Positions 48,834-60,700 of a DNA stretch of 64,000 nucleotides are shown here, one piece after another. Position 1 is the first letter of the stretch. Each line of letters begins with the position of its first letter. Location of the stretch: the NCBI GenBank assembly GCA_964106645.2, contig OZ067043.1; one strand, given 5' to 3'. Under the pieces are notes generated by a model. The model saw nothing but the letters and a program-made list of their open reading frames with translations, was not told where the DNA came from and searched no databases. A program made the translations under genes and the position numbers. The stretch is from Podarcis pityusensis (taxonomy: Eukaryota).

Positions 48834-49631
48834 GTTATTTATTTAGTCCTCCTGTGCCCAAGTTTCATCCCTGGCTTAAAGAGATTAATTAGTTTAATGC
48901 AGTACCGTACATATTTGGAGTGAGGTTTTTATTCTTGCTGATTACCCAATAGGAACAACCAACTTTTTAATTTATTAGGATTCTGCCTTACATCTGTTTC
49001 CTTCCACCCCCAAATGTAGCCACATAGCTTCCCACAAAAAAAACAAGAAAACTGGTATTTAGCGGCTGATATATCGCGCTGTTGAAAAAAAAGTATCGCC
49101 CAGCCCTAGCACTAAACGAAATCATCAGAGGGTGAGCTGTTGTGCTAATCATAGTGGCAATTTGCTAAGTTAATTCCTGTGTTGGACTTCCAAGATGAGT
49201 CATGAATCCCAAATTCATAAGGCAAGATTCACTGAAAACCCCACCTACAAGCAGTGGGAGGGTCCTCAAAACTTGATAGCTGTTGAAAGCAATTGGAAGT
49301 TAAAAAGTAGAGAGCAAGGGGAAGGAACCCCTTACATTTTTTAAAATAAGCACGTGAGCCGTTTGCACTCTTTCCCCCCTCTCCCTTCCAGTCACAAGAG
49401 CCTTAAGAAACTGTGTCAAAGGTTTGTGTCCAATCTCAGTTCACTTGCCATCCAGCAATTCTTTCACTAAGTTTCCCCCCTGCCAGCAAGTAGTTGCTGG
49501 TTGTCAGCAGAGGCTGGATCATCTGTGGAAAGCTTTCATGGTGCAGTTAACAAGATAAGTGAGTCCCTGTCAGGGGATGGTGCTGCGGACCCCCTGGGTG
49601 TGTTCTGCGGACCCCTAATTGGGAACCACTA
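48192..49631. mobile_element. About 1.44 kb non-autonomous hAT element with nested insertions
   Basis: TIRs CAATGGTTCCCAATTA and TAATTGGGAACCACTA; 8-bp TSD ctctaaac/ctttaaac; subterminal gcggacccc repeats. Confidence 0.75.
48795..48833. repeat. (TTA)n microsatellite
   Basis: Seen directly. Confidence 0.95.
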
Positions 49632-50519
49632 CTTTAAACAATAACTGTGTGTTATTGCAACAGCTTGCTGCCATTTGCTTCTAATTGGTTTTCCCATTTG
49701 CTGACTTGAGCACTGGGTGAAATGGGCCTCTCTGCCTTGCCCGAGCCCTCTATCCTGCCTGATGGAGTCTCCCATGGGAACAAGAGGGAGCATGGAAAGG
49801 TATTTGCTAAGCCTAGCAGAGCCTATCTCACAGCTACACATCCCAGGGTGGGTCACGTGAGCCTAACTGGCTGGTGCCTGTCGGTGGGCATAGTGCCACT
49901 ACAGCACCTGAGGATGAGTGTGCAGTGGGTGAGCCTGCAGGGCGTTTTGCTCGTGGGTGTGTGGAACAAGATTCCAGGTGGTGTCAGTGGAAGCGTTGCT
50001 CAGATAATTTCAGCTTTGGCAACAAACGAAAAATTTCTTCCTGGAAGTGCAGACATTGCTTGAGTGCATTCTGAGCAAGATGTTCTAGGGAGCCATCATA
50101 ATGTATATATTTTAATTGTTTTATATCCGTATTATTTATTGTGCTTAACTTAACAGAGTGCAAATTTAACCTATATAGATTTGCATGTTCTCGGTTGCTG
50201 TTTACGTCCGTATTTCTGGTCTGTGAGCGTAATAAATCGATTCATTCATTCATCATAATTATCTGTAGGGTTCATGTTTTTTCCCCCATGAGTTATCATG
50301 ACAGTGGTTGAAAAGCCTAGTTGTTGTTTTTTAAAACAAGACTGGAATATAGCCTGAGGGTTTTAAAAAATGCTTTATTTGCCATCTCATGGATGAAAAA
50401 TGTTCATCATAACCTTGAGCCTTCGAGTGTTTTACTGAAGACTCTTGTAGCACCAGTACTCCCATTCCATGATGCAGAGAAACTGCACTGTGCACGTGTT
50501 GAAAGTGGACTGTGTGAAG

Positions 50520-51220
50520 GAAGCCCGAGCGCGCGGCTGCGTGATGATCGGGCTCAGACATCCTCCTGCTCGCCTTTCTGTTCCCTCATCCTTATTCACC
50601 ATCCCCGGGAGAGACGTGGGTTGCCGCGGCGCTGCAACAAGGAGCGCAGCAGAGCGCCAGAATGAGCCGAGCCTCCAGCTCGGCAGCGAAGCAGGGCCAG
50701 CGGCGCCCACGTGTACCGCGGGGTGGGAGGAGGGAGAGAGAAGCAGAGTAAGCGGGAGTCCATATAAGGCGAGGCGAGGGCGGGGCTTGAGGCCGGAGCG
50801 ACGCAGGCGCTAGCCAATGGGGGCTTGGCCAAATGTGCCCGCTCCGGAGAGCGCGTCTGGTGGCTGCTTGCAAAGTTGCGAGCGAGCCGAGGAGCCCGGA
50901 GTGCAGTTGGCCGGTGGGGAGCGCGGGTGCCTCCGCTGCCGCCATGGGAGCCGGTGAGTGGGAGACGTGGGGGGCTGTCTGCCTGGGGGCCCCTTGGAGG
51001 TATCGCCTGCCTTGGCTCGGAGCTGGTTGGCGAGGCGCCCTCCGGGTTATTGCCCCCTTGGAGAGCCGCTTTGGGCGCCGCTGCCTGCCTCCCTATCTCC
51101 CCTCTGGGACACCGAGGCTTCGGGAGGATGAGAGGACCTGACCTGCCTGAGGAAAGATTGGGGCCGGCACCCCTCCCGGTCCCAAGGGACCCCCCCCCCC
51201 CGTGGGGAGAGGCCGTGAGG
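50520..51220 (+). promoter_or_regulatory. CpG-island promoter and first exon (donor CCG|gtgagt after 50953) of the next gene, probably DENND2C by synteny; E-box 50708, CArG CCATATAAGG 50760-50769, GC box 50778, CCAAT 50814
   Basis: CpG density and motifs seen directly; identity inferred only from the conserved order CSDE1-NRAS-AMPD1-DENND2C. Confidence 0.7.
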
Positions 51221-51589
51221 ACTAGACACTCAGGAAACAGAGAGGCGTTTTCTTCTCTGTGTGGGTCTGGTTTGTTTGGTAGGGCTTAGGCTGAACCCTT
51301 CCTCACAACCGGAATCTCTCGTGAGTGTTAAGGAGCCATGGGAAGTAAGTAATGGAGGGCGCCTGAGCGTGTGCAGAGTGCCTTTTCTGCAAGCCCGGGA
51401 TTCAAAGAGAGAAAGAGAGTGATAGCGATTTTCAGGGTTCGTAAACATGCCCAGATAAAATGCTGGTGGCTGCTTGGCAAATACTTGGGATGCCTTTATA
51501 AGCTGGTTTGCCTTGCTGCTCTTAAATAATCTGTGTAATAGGGTGCGTAACTGGTGTTTTATACATAATAACAGTACTTGTTAATGATA

Positions 51590-51875
51590 GTACCGAAAGG
51601 AAGTTCTAATTTGCACAGCGCATAAACGATGGGATTTACTGTCACAAGATGTGGTGAAGGCTACCCGCCTGGATGCTTTCTGAGGGGATTCGACAAATAA
51701 ATGGAAGATAAGAGTAGCAATGGCCACTTGTCATTATGGCTGTTTAATATCTCCAGGACTGGAAACCCTGTGACTTTAAATATCACTTGCTGGAGAATAA
51801 TGGCCAGAAAAGGCTACTGCCGTCGTGTTGTGTGGGCTTCTTTTTGGGCACTGTGAGAAACAGGATGCTGGACTG
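51590..51875 (+). mobile_element. CR1 LINE 3' fragment
   Basis: cacaagatgtggtgaaggc...ggattcgacaaataaatggaagataag...aacaggatgctggactga. Confidence 0.6.
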
Positions 51876-53419
51876 ATCCTTCTTCATAAGTTATTATATT
51901 AGCTTAATTGTAATTGCTCAGTTTTGAAGTATTACCAGTTCAGGCAGCCAAATAGGGTGTTATAAAGGAAAATGTTTTGCTATGAGTCTTTTGACACATA
52001 TGCCTTGTTAATTTGGGAATTTGTATGTGCTTGTGGTGTTTGAGCCCTGACAGTTCGCATGCGCACCATGCACCCCTCTCCCAAAGTTAGTAGTGAGCTC
52101 TGCTGTCAGTGCAGGTTGGTGGTGGAAAAAGTTGACTGATTTCTCCAGGAATGCCTTCTGTCCTTCCAGTATAGTTGGGAACTTGGAATTTTGCTTGTGC
52201 ATCTAGCCCCAAATTAATAAGAAGTCACTGACCACCACAGTGTTGTTGTCAAAGGAATATTTTGCTAATTCTTCTTACTGGGGTTGCCAAAATGGAAAAT
52301 GTATCCCAAGTCTACCCTGATATTGAACCCTAGTGCTATAGCATTTTAGGATGCCATATATGTTATTATTCTTGTGGTTCAAGATTGCCATATGGTCTAC
52401 TGAACAAATGTTTAAAGTGGGGATTTTCAGATTCCCTAGAATCCTTTCTGAAATACTAATGCTGGTGTCCTCTGAGGAAGATTTATCACTCTGGATTAAA
52501 TGGAGGCAGGTGACAGCTTTCTGAGTGAAGGCGAAGCCAACACTCTTTGCTCTAACATCTGTGCAAACTCAAAAGGTTTGGGTTGGAGGAGAGTCAAAGT
52601 GTCTAAACAGCGGATTCCCCCCCCCCCCACCCGCACTGTTTTGAAGCAGTTTCACAGCAAAACCAGGAAATGGAGTAATGGTGTCCTGTGACCTTTTATT
52701 ATATTTAGGAGAGAATGACAATGGTTCTTTTCCTAATAGAGAAACAAAGGGAAAATGTTGGATCAGGAGTTTTGAATAATGCCGCAACAGCCTGGTTGAG
52801 GGGTCAAAAGGGACAGGACTTTTATTGAGTTGTCAGATTCTTCAGCCTGCTGAGGGGGTATCTGTGAGCCTGGATACTAGGTTGCAGTTATGAATTTGAA
52901 GAGCAGACAAATGCAAGCAACTGCAACTCTCAATACTGTGGTGGTAGGAAAGATATATTGTTTTGCTGTGTGGAGCTTTCAAATAACAGAGGAAGTACTG
53001 AGGTTTTTCCTGGCTTTGGGAGCTTTTTACAGGAAAAGATGTGAAAGTTTTCTGTCCTTTCAAAAAATGCAGAAATATTTTTTCTTTCTTTTCATATGTA
53101 CACTTGTCAGTTAAAAGAAATATGGGGGAGATGGAGGGAACTCCCTGTTTTGTTGGCACTGGATTGGCTTGGAAAGTCAGATTTTCTCTCTCTATATATT
53201 TTTGACCCATTACAAGGTTTGAGGTGATGTGGTGGTAGATCTTCTTGAAGATTACCAATGTCAGAAACAGGTAAGGTTATTTGCTATCTAAATTGCAGAC
53301 CTATACGCATTTACTTGGGAATAAGCCAGCATTTATTCCCTTTTCAACTTCCCATTCTTTAAGATCTGCTGATTACTTTTTCCATGTTCCTCTTCCATCA
53401 GAGGTGCAAATACTATGTA

Positions 53420-53520
53420 TAAGGAGAGGGCTTTCTTGGCAGTGACAACCTAGTTATGGAATGCACTCTTCAAAGAGGATCACCTGGCACCAACACTGCT
53501 ATCATTTTGGCAGCCAGACT
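53420..53520 (+). mobile_element. L2 LINE ORF2 C-terminal fragment
   Basis: Reads RAFLAVTT*LWNAL, similar to RAFSVAAPRLWNALP. Confidence 0.5.
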
Positions 53521-55100
53521 TGTAAATAAACCCACAAAAGTTGCTAGTCTGCAAAACCTTTTTTAAAAAAAAATTACTACCGTGCTGCAGACTGGGAAAG
53601 GGGATGGAGATAGTGCTGTCCCTCCTGCAGTAACCCACTACACTTTTGTGCTAGGTACACAGGAGGGAGAGACAGAGCACTTTGCACACCCATCTGCAAG
53701 CAATTCCATGCATATTCCTGCATCCAGTACCTTCTTACCTCACCTCTGGCTACCAGGCTACTGTTTAAATGCAAAGCACTCCCTAATTAAAAATAAATAA
53801 ATACTCAGATGTTTTAATAGATTTTATTGACTTAATTGTGCAAGTTGTAGTCTCTTTTAAATTTTATCTGCTGTTTAATTGTGTTTTTTATGCTGCAAAT
53901 ACTGCCTAGAATTTTGGTATGATGGAAGGGTGGTATTGAATCATTTGAATTTAATGAATAAAGTCCCATTTGATTAATGGGACTTACTTCTGTAAATGTA
54001 CAATGGATCAAAATATAATTGGACAAAGTAGTTTATCATTTTAAACAATTATCTCCTTGCTGAGAGGTTGAGCAGAATTGTTGGTACTTTTGCATTTGGG
54101 AACCGAGATTGAAGAGAGGGTCTATGAGTTCATAGTACAGTGAAGATTCAAAGCTAGTTTTCCTGGGTCAAGTCTGGCAGGCTTTTGAAATAGCCTGTGA
54201 AACATCCTTCATAACCACAATTTGTTTGTAGCTTTAGCAATATTATGTTTCTGTTGTGGGTGATGCTTGCACTGCTGCTTTATCTCTTTCATTGGAAAAC
54301 TGGTTTGTTCATCTGTGGAGAACGCTTAAAATGGCAAGGCTGCTTATTCTGCAAAATGTATATGCACAGCCACTTGATCTCACCTTCCATTCATGAACAA
54401 TTTTCCAGTTGAGTGGCTGTAGTTGAGGTTTGCAGCACCTGTGCTGGGATGACTGGTTTAAAGAACAGGCCATTTTTATGGATCATGGAGGTTCTTCTTC
54501 CATCATTAGCTTGAGGTATCAGTCTCACAAAACTGTTACATTTCGAATTCCCTAAGGATTTGGCAGTCCAGAGACAGATTGCTCTGATCTGCCACATCAT
54601 GGATTGGCAAGATTAACCCCTACTTAGACATACAGATGTGTTTTACTGGGAATTAGATGCTGTGATGGCTTTAAGTGACTCATTATGGTGTTATGATAGC
54701 ATTTGACTCTGATATCTTGTTTTTTAAAAGGTTTGATATTCCAGTGTGATATGAGAAATCAGCATTCAGAATCAGCGACCTTTTATGCATGCTTGTGAAA
54801 GGAGACCTGCAAGCAGTGGCTGTCTGTAATTTTTGTGTTTGCAAAGTGTTGAATGTTAAGATTGTTGGAAGATCAGCCCAGGTAGCTGCTGTACATGGAA
54901 CTGGGGTTTGTATGTGCGTTATCTTGTCATTCACCTCCAGCAGCAAAATGTCCTGGGCTTCTATACACATTCTTCTATCTTCACCACATTTGCAAGATTA
55001 GGATGATAAGGTTGTTGGATCTGGCCACAGGGCTGGCCCAGGACATTTGACAGCCCTAGACAAAACCGAAAATGCTGCATGCCGATGCATGCACACTGCT

Positions 55101-55101
<1 letters not shown>

Positions 55102-55133
<32 letters not shown>
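55102..55133. repeat. (AC)n microsatellite
   Basis: Seen directly. Confidence 0.95.
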
Positions 55134-55135
<2 letters not shown>

Positions 55136-57361
55136 CTGCGGTGAGCAAGGGACTAAAAAGAGGTGTGCGGCAGGCAGGCATTTGTGTGGGTGTGCAGGCA
55201 GATCCACCGTCCTAGGCAACCGCCTCACCCCACCTCTTTCATACCAGTTTTAGGATACTATTTCCCTTCTCCCATCTTTCGCCCCACGTCCATCTTCTTG
55301 CCTGTAGAGTTAAGCACTCCACCACATCTGTTTAGGGGGATTGATGACCAAAGTCTGACAAAATCACTTTTGCTCTGTGACCTTCCTTGCTGGTGCAGTG
55401 CAGCTGTCGTCTTGTGTTGAACTGTGAGGAACAGTCACTCCAGTATGAGTTCACATTTGCCATTAGCATAATTTCCTTAGAGGGAAAAGCAGAATGATCT
55501 TAGACTCTGTAAACCAGTGCCAGGGAACCTGAGGCCCTCCAGATGAAGTTCTGTTGCATGGACAGTGTTCTGCCCATTAACTACCAACACTTTCTAGTGA
55601 AAGTGCTGTGCACTTTTTATCTCTTGATCCTATAACTACATTTCAGAAATATATGGGTCTTACTCCCATATAAGTGTGCAGAACATTGCAAACAGGTAGT
55701 CTTCAAGTGCATGATCTTGCCTTGTGTCCTTGCAGAGAGCTAAACAAAAACCTATTCATCTAACTGAAGCTCCTTTCTCTCCTAGCAGGAATAGTTTTGT
55801 AGTGACGGCTGTAGGATGAAAGGTTTTGGATTTTGCTTTTGGTATAAAGTGCCTGTTTATTTGCACATTGAGATGTTTTAATTGATATAGTAGCAACCAA
55901 ACAGTGTGCATATTTGTACGGAGGGAGAGTACATGGATTACAGAATAGGAAATGTGATTTAAATCAGTTTGATCTTTTCTGGAAAGTTCCTTGCAGCTTG
56001 TCTTGGGAGGAGCCAGTAACCCTAGAATGTGAGGGCAAGGATGATGCTCAGAAGAAGCTGTGCAGGATGACTTGTGTAACATGCTTCCACAGTACCATAA
56101 GACCCTATTGTGTTGTGTGTTCCCCTGGGAGAGCCCAGCCCTGCAAGTTTGTATCGATATAGATTCCAAGAGGTTGTGTTGTCTCAATGAAGTGCTTCCT
56201 TTCTGCTGTTTTGTGTCAACTGTAAATCTCTAGGCTCTTTGCCAAAGTATTAGCCTGAATCTGCCCTGGCCTACTGACAGGAGGGAAAGGGTGTTAGCTA
56301 GCTAGCTGGATTGCTTTATATTCCTGTTCATATCACAGCTTGGAGCAGCAGAGAGCCAGCTTTCTCTCTGTGTGGTAGGATTTTCCCTCTTCCAAGAGGC
56401 TCATAGCAGAGTGAACTGGGAAATAATACCTCTGTTAGTTAGATCCTTTGCTGCTGTTAGAAATAACATATTTTCTGTTTGCATTTTGTTTTCTATTTTA
56501 TTTTAAATAGTCAAACTTTACACTTCTGGGGAGCAGGATAAGAAAAATTTAGTAGAATTTTCCTTCTCTGGAACACATTTTTAAACTGGCTTTTTTCTGT
56601 ATTCTAGAATTGACATTTCTGTCTTGGGGCCAAACTACACATGGCATTAATCACTTGGTTTTACACTGAGTGCAGGATTTTTCTTGTAGAAATGTCTAGT
56701 GTGGTATTCTGATGGGGACCCTGCAGTGGGCTGTGGGTGGGGCAGGGTTTTAGCTTTCTCTCTAATGGGATATTTTTCTCTGTGCAAATTGTGCTTGTGG
56801 GGCTCCAGATGTGATCTGTGACTCCAGGGTGTGGCAGAGGGTGAAGAGCCCGCTCCCAAGTCCTGCTCAGAATTAGGTCCCCCATACTGGCTGTTTCTGC
56901 AGGAAAAACCCTCCACTCAAAAGGCAAATAATTTGACTGGTATCACATATCTGTTTAAAACTGTTTTGTTTTTTAAAATTGTATTTTGCATTGCTGTGAC
57001 CTGCCCTGTATCTTTTTGGTGAAGGGCAGGTGAAAGTAGTAGTAATAATAGTTGTTATCATTTAGATTATTATTCTGGTTGTTGTTGTTATATTTATACC
57101 CCACCTTTCTCCCTGATGGGACTCAAGGAGGCTTACATATAAAAATGAGAACTGTTAAAAACATAGAAAAAACAATTAAACATTGTTAGAAGTAAAGCTA
57201 TATACGTATATAAAATCTATTTAAAACCATACAAATAATCACAATAAAACCAATAAAAGTTTAGTCTTTATTGTGCTACTTCCTGCCTGCTGTGGGATCG
57301 AAGTGGGAATTAAGCACTTTTTTTCTTTTCTTTGGGTAGCACCTGAATAACTTAGGTTCAT

Positions 57362-57537
57362 GGGAACATAGGAAACCGCCTTAGTCAGACCATTTGACCA
57401 TCTAAGTCTACACTGACTGGCCATAATTCTCCAGGGTTTCAAGCACTGAGTCTCTCTCTGCTTTACGTGGAAATGCTTGGGATCAAATAGGGGATCGCCT
57501 GCATGCAAAACAGATACTCTACCATTGAGCTTTGGCC
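57362..57537 (-). mobile_element. tRNA-headed SINE with CR1-like tail
   Basis: Same layout as 35404-35582. Confidence 0.7.
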
Positions 57538-59052
57538 TTTCTCCAGTACCCATGGCTTGGCTCGATTCTTTTCACCGCTTGTCACTCTTGTGAAACTGCC
57601 TCACAGTTGGGGCTCCTTGGTTACCTGTGAGACACATGGCCTTTTGACAAAGAGAACTAAAGCTTTGTCCTCAAGCTAAGGAAGTGCTGGAATTCCATGT
57701 GCAGGCCAAGGCTGAGAACGCACCATTTCTTTTCCTCTGCAAGCAGGTGCCCCTCCAGCCCCAAGCCTAGCTAGGCAAAGGTCAGGCTTGCTGTTCCTGC
57801 CTCTGAGCCAGTGACCTACTTTGTTGATGGGAGAGCTGTATATGCTTGTGTGTCTGCGTGTTCCGCTCCCTCTGGAGTGAGAGGAAAGCCAGACATGGAG
57901 GACCCACCCCTCATTATTAATGTCTGCAATCCAAGCTGTTGGTTTCTCACAGTTTTCTGCTTAAGACTAAGAACTCTTTGGAAGAGTCTTCACCAAGACT
58001 TCCTCGACTAGGGAACAGAAGCTGTCCTCGGATAAGCACAGAAATTTCTGCACAGACTAGGATAGCCAGGTGCCATGGAGGAAAGGGCTCAGATAAACTT
58101 AGATAACTGTGTAGGAGGGAGCTTTGAAAAAAGCAGCATTCCTCATTTTTGAAGTACTGTGACCTTGCAAGAAGCATCTGCTGAAATCCAGAGAGAAAGA
58201 GAAAGCAGTTTCTCAGTACAAAGAGGCAGGGACTAGTGGTTACTAGGAGGAAACAGAAACCATTGCAGAATAAAGCGCTCTTGCTTTTGGGACACTGAAA
58301 ATTATTCTCTGGTTACATTGAGGCCAATTGTTTTTAGCATTGTATCACCTATGGTTGTCAACTTGTTTCCCCCCCTTTAATCTGACAAGTTTCTTGCCAA
58401 CCAGAAGGAGCTCAACAGGTGTCACTTTCCTGGGTCTCAAAATATATGTGCAGCAAAAAGCCCCCACCCCTTTGGTGGTGGTAGTCACAGAATGTTTTGT
58501 CAGTGACAGCGGAGAGAGCCATCAACCCTATTTGCAATTTCATTGAAAGGTGATCCAGTTATGGACTCGCATTTTCCACTTTTAGGACACGTGCAAACTT
58601 TCAAATTGAATCAGACTTAGGAGCAATAAGTTCTTCCTATTTATTTCTAGAGAAACCAGCTGTATGGCAGAGCACTGATTAGGTGACAATCAATCACTTC
58701 CCTTCCATTTCCTTATCAAGCTGTGCAGTTTACTAATTAGCTGGTCCTTGTACGATGCTTCTAAACTGTCATTATGTTAGGTGGGATTCAACCACATACC
58801 AGTAAATTTGGATTAAAGCTGACTTGGAACTCTTGTACAACAAGCCTACTTCCCCAAAAAGATCAGAGTCTTTGTGATAAGGAAAGTAACAGTAAAGTCC
58901 ACTGGAAAGTGTGAGATAACTCTTCCTTTGACACAATGTCATTTTTCCTCCCCAGAAATAAGTCAGAATGAATGTTCATTACACAGCCAATGTTATCTAT
59001 TCTCCTTGTAAACAGGGTGAATACTCAATAAACAGGTCATTCGAAAACACAT

Positions 59053-59580
59053 ATAGAACCACAGAGTTGAAAGAGGTCTTGTAGTCCCTCTAAGCTTAAC
59101 ACAGGAAATCCAGAGATGGAGCATCCTTAACAGATGTTCATCTTTGGCTTGAAGACCTCCAGTAAAGAACAGTTCACCAACCCTCTAGGTAACTGTCAAG
59201 ATCCTGTAACCTTCAATAAGTTTCTTCTCATGTCAAACCAAAATCTGCTTGTAACTTAAGGTGATTGGAACAAATCCTGTTCTCTGGGCAGCAGAGTACA
59301 AGTCTTTGCCCTGTTTTGTGTGTCAATTCTTCAAATGTTTGAAGAGTACTATTATGAGTCTACCTCCCTTCATGTCTTCTCTCCTCCAGGCTAAAGGTAC
59401 CCTGTCCCTTCATAGGATTTCTTTTCCATACCACTGGCCATGCTTGTTGCTGTCCTCTGGTCCTGTTCCCATTTGTTTATACCATTCTTAAAGTGCAGCA
59501 CCCAAGACTATAGACACAGTGTTCCAGATGGAGTCTGACCAGTGCAGAATAAAATGGACCTGTTACTTCCTGTGACTTGT
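59053..59580 (-). mobile_element. CR1 LINE 3' end, degraded
   Basis: tagaaccacagagttgaaagagg reversed tail; cacagtgttccagatggagtctgaccagtgcagaataaa is reversed ORF2. Confidence 0.7.
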
Positions 59581-59686
59581 AATCTGTGGTACAAGGGCAC
59601 TCCTCACTGTTACCCAGAACATGCTTCCATCAAAAAATAAAATAGGTTTTTATTAAGGCATCAAATAAATATTTAAATACAGGTGC

Positions 59687-59687
<1 letters not shown>

Positions 59688-59725
<38 letters not shown>
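59688..59725. repeat. (AAT)n microsatellite
   Basis: Seen directly. Confidence 0.95.
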
Positions 59726-60484
59726 TGTTTGACTAAAACCTTCAGGGAGATATGAATATCCATACTGGAGCTATAACCAGATACCTGTGTCAGTAGAGGA
59801 GCAAAGGCAGGGAGAAGCACAAAGCAGGAAAACCCACAGTGACTGTTGGAGGGAGGGTTTGCCTTAGTTCTTAATGGGTGTTGCAGGAAATGAAGAGTGT
59901 TACAGGCACTCTTTTCCACCCGCTTGGCCTGGTGGTCTCTCCTTCCCCTGCCCAGCACTCCATGCCTATTGAGCATGGAGTTCTCATTGGGCTATCTTTC
60001 CTTCTTCCCCTTCCTTCCTTCCTTCCTTTCTTTTTTTTCTTTCTTTCCTCCATTTGGGTTTGGGTGGGGTGGGTGCCCCTGTACCCAATCCCAACTACAT
60101 GAAAAGTTTTAATTTCTCACTGTATCTCTCTGGGCAACGCTCCCTTCATTGGCTGTCAACATTTAAAAATAGCTTTTCATTGTGAACCTGGGAGTGACCT
60201 TTCCAGACAGTGGGATGGTTCCTATATTCTCTTGTTCCAGCCACTTTTCGCTATTTTTTTTTTTAATCCTGCTTTTCAGTCATTCTCTTTTCTCCTCCAT
60301 TTGCCATTTTTCTGTGTACTGTAAGTGTAAATAAGTATAAAGCAAACTGTTACAGCTAAATCCAGTCACATACTGCATAGTGTCCTGTATTTACTGTATC
60401 TAGGCACAGTGATTTAACCATCCCCTTCCTCCTTAAGAACAATCCAGGGTCCCAAGTCAGCCTCCCTTCTTTTCCTTGACCCAG

Positions 60485-60700
60485 GAGAAACCCTGCTGCA
60501 GGCCTGCATTAGGAGCCTTGCCAGGGAGTTGCATCAAACCCTGCTAAAAGTTGCTGACACCTGTGAGGAGCCTGCATTTAGCTAACAAGGATTCAACAGA
60601 CAGCGCATTGTGGAATTTTGGAATACTTTCCAAAGAGCAGTGAGCTGATGGACAATGTGGAGGAAGCAAGAGCCCAGAGGGAGAGAACTGGGGCCTTGCG
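60485..60700 (+). other. Candidate 5' leader exon 2 of the putative DENND2C, completing a spliced uORF (stop 60583-60585)
   Basis: Strong acceptor cctcccttcttttccttgacccag; possible donor GCG|gtaaaa; in phase with the exon 1 ATG. Confidence 0.5.

Noticed and set aside
50321-51289. Overlapping 100-154 aa ORFs
   Set aside because: CpG-island artefacts that run through a clear splice donor; only the Kozak ATG at 50944 was kept, as a spliced uORF candidate
57953-58011. Alternative acceptor that would give MGAVFCLRLRTLWKSLHQDFLD* from the 50944 ATG
   Set aside because: Weaker pyrimidine tract and no convincing nearby donor; less protein-like than the 60485 exon, though not excluded
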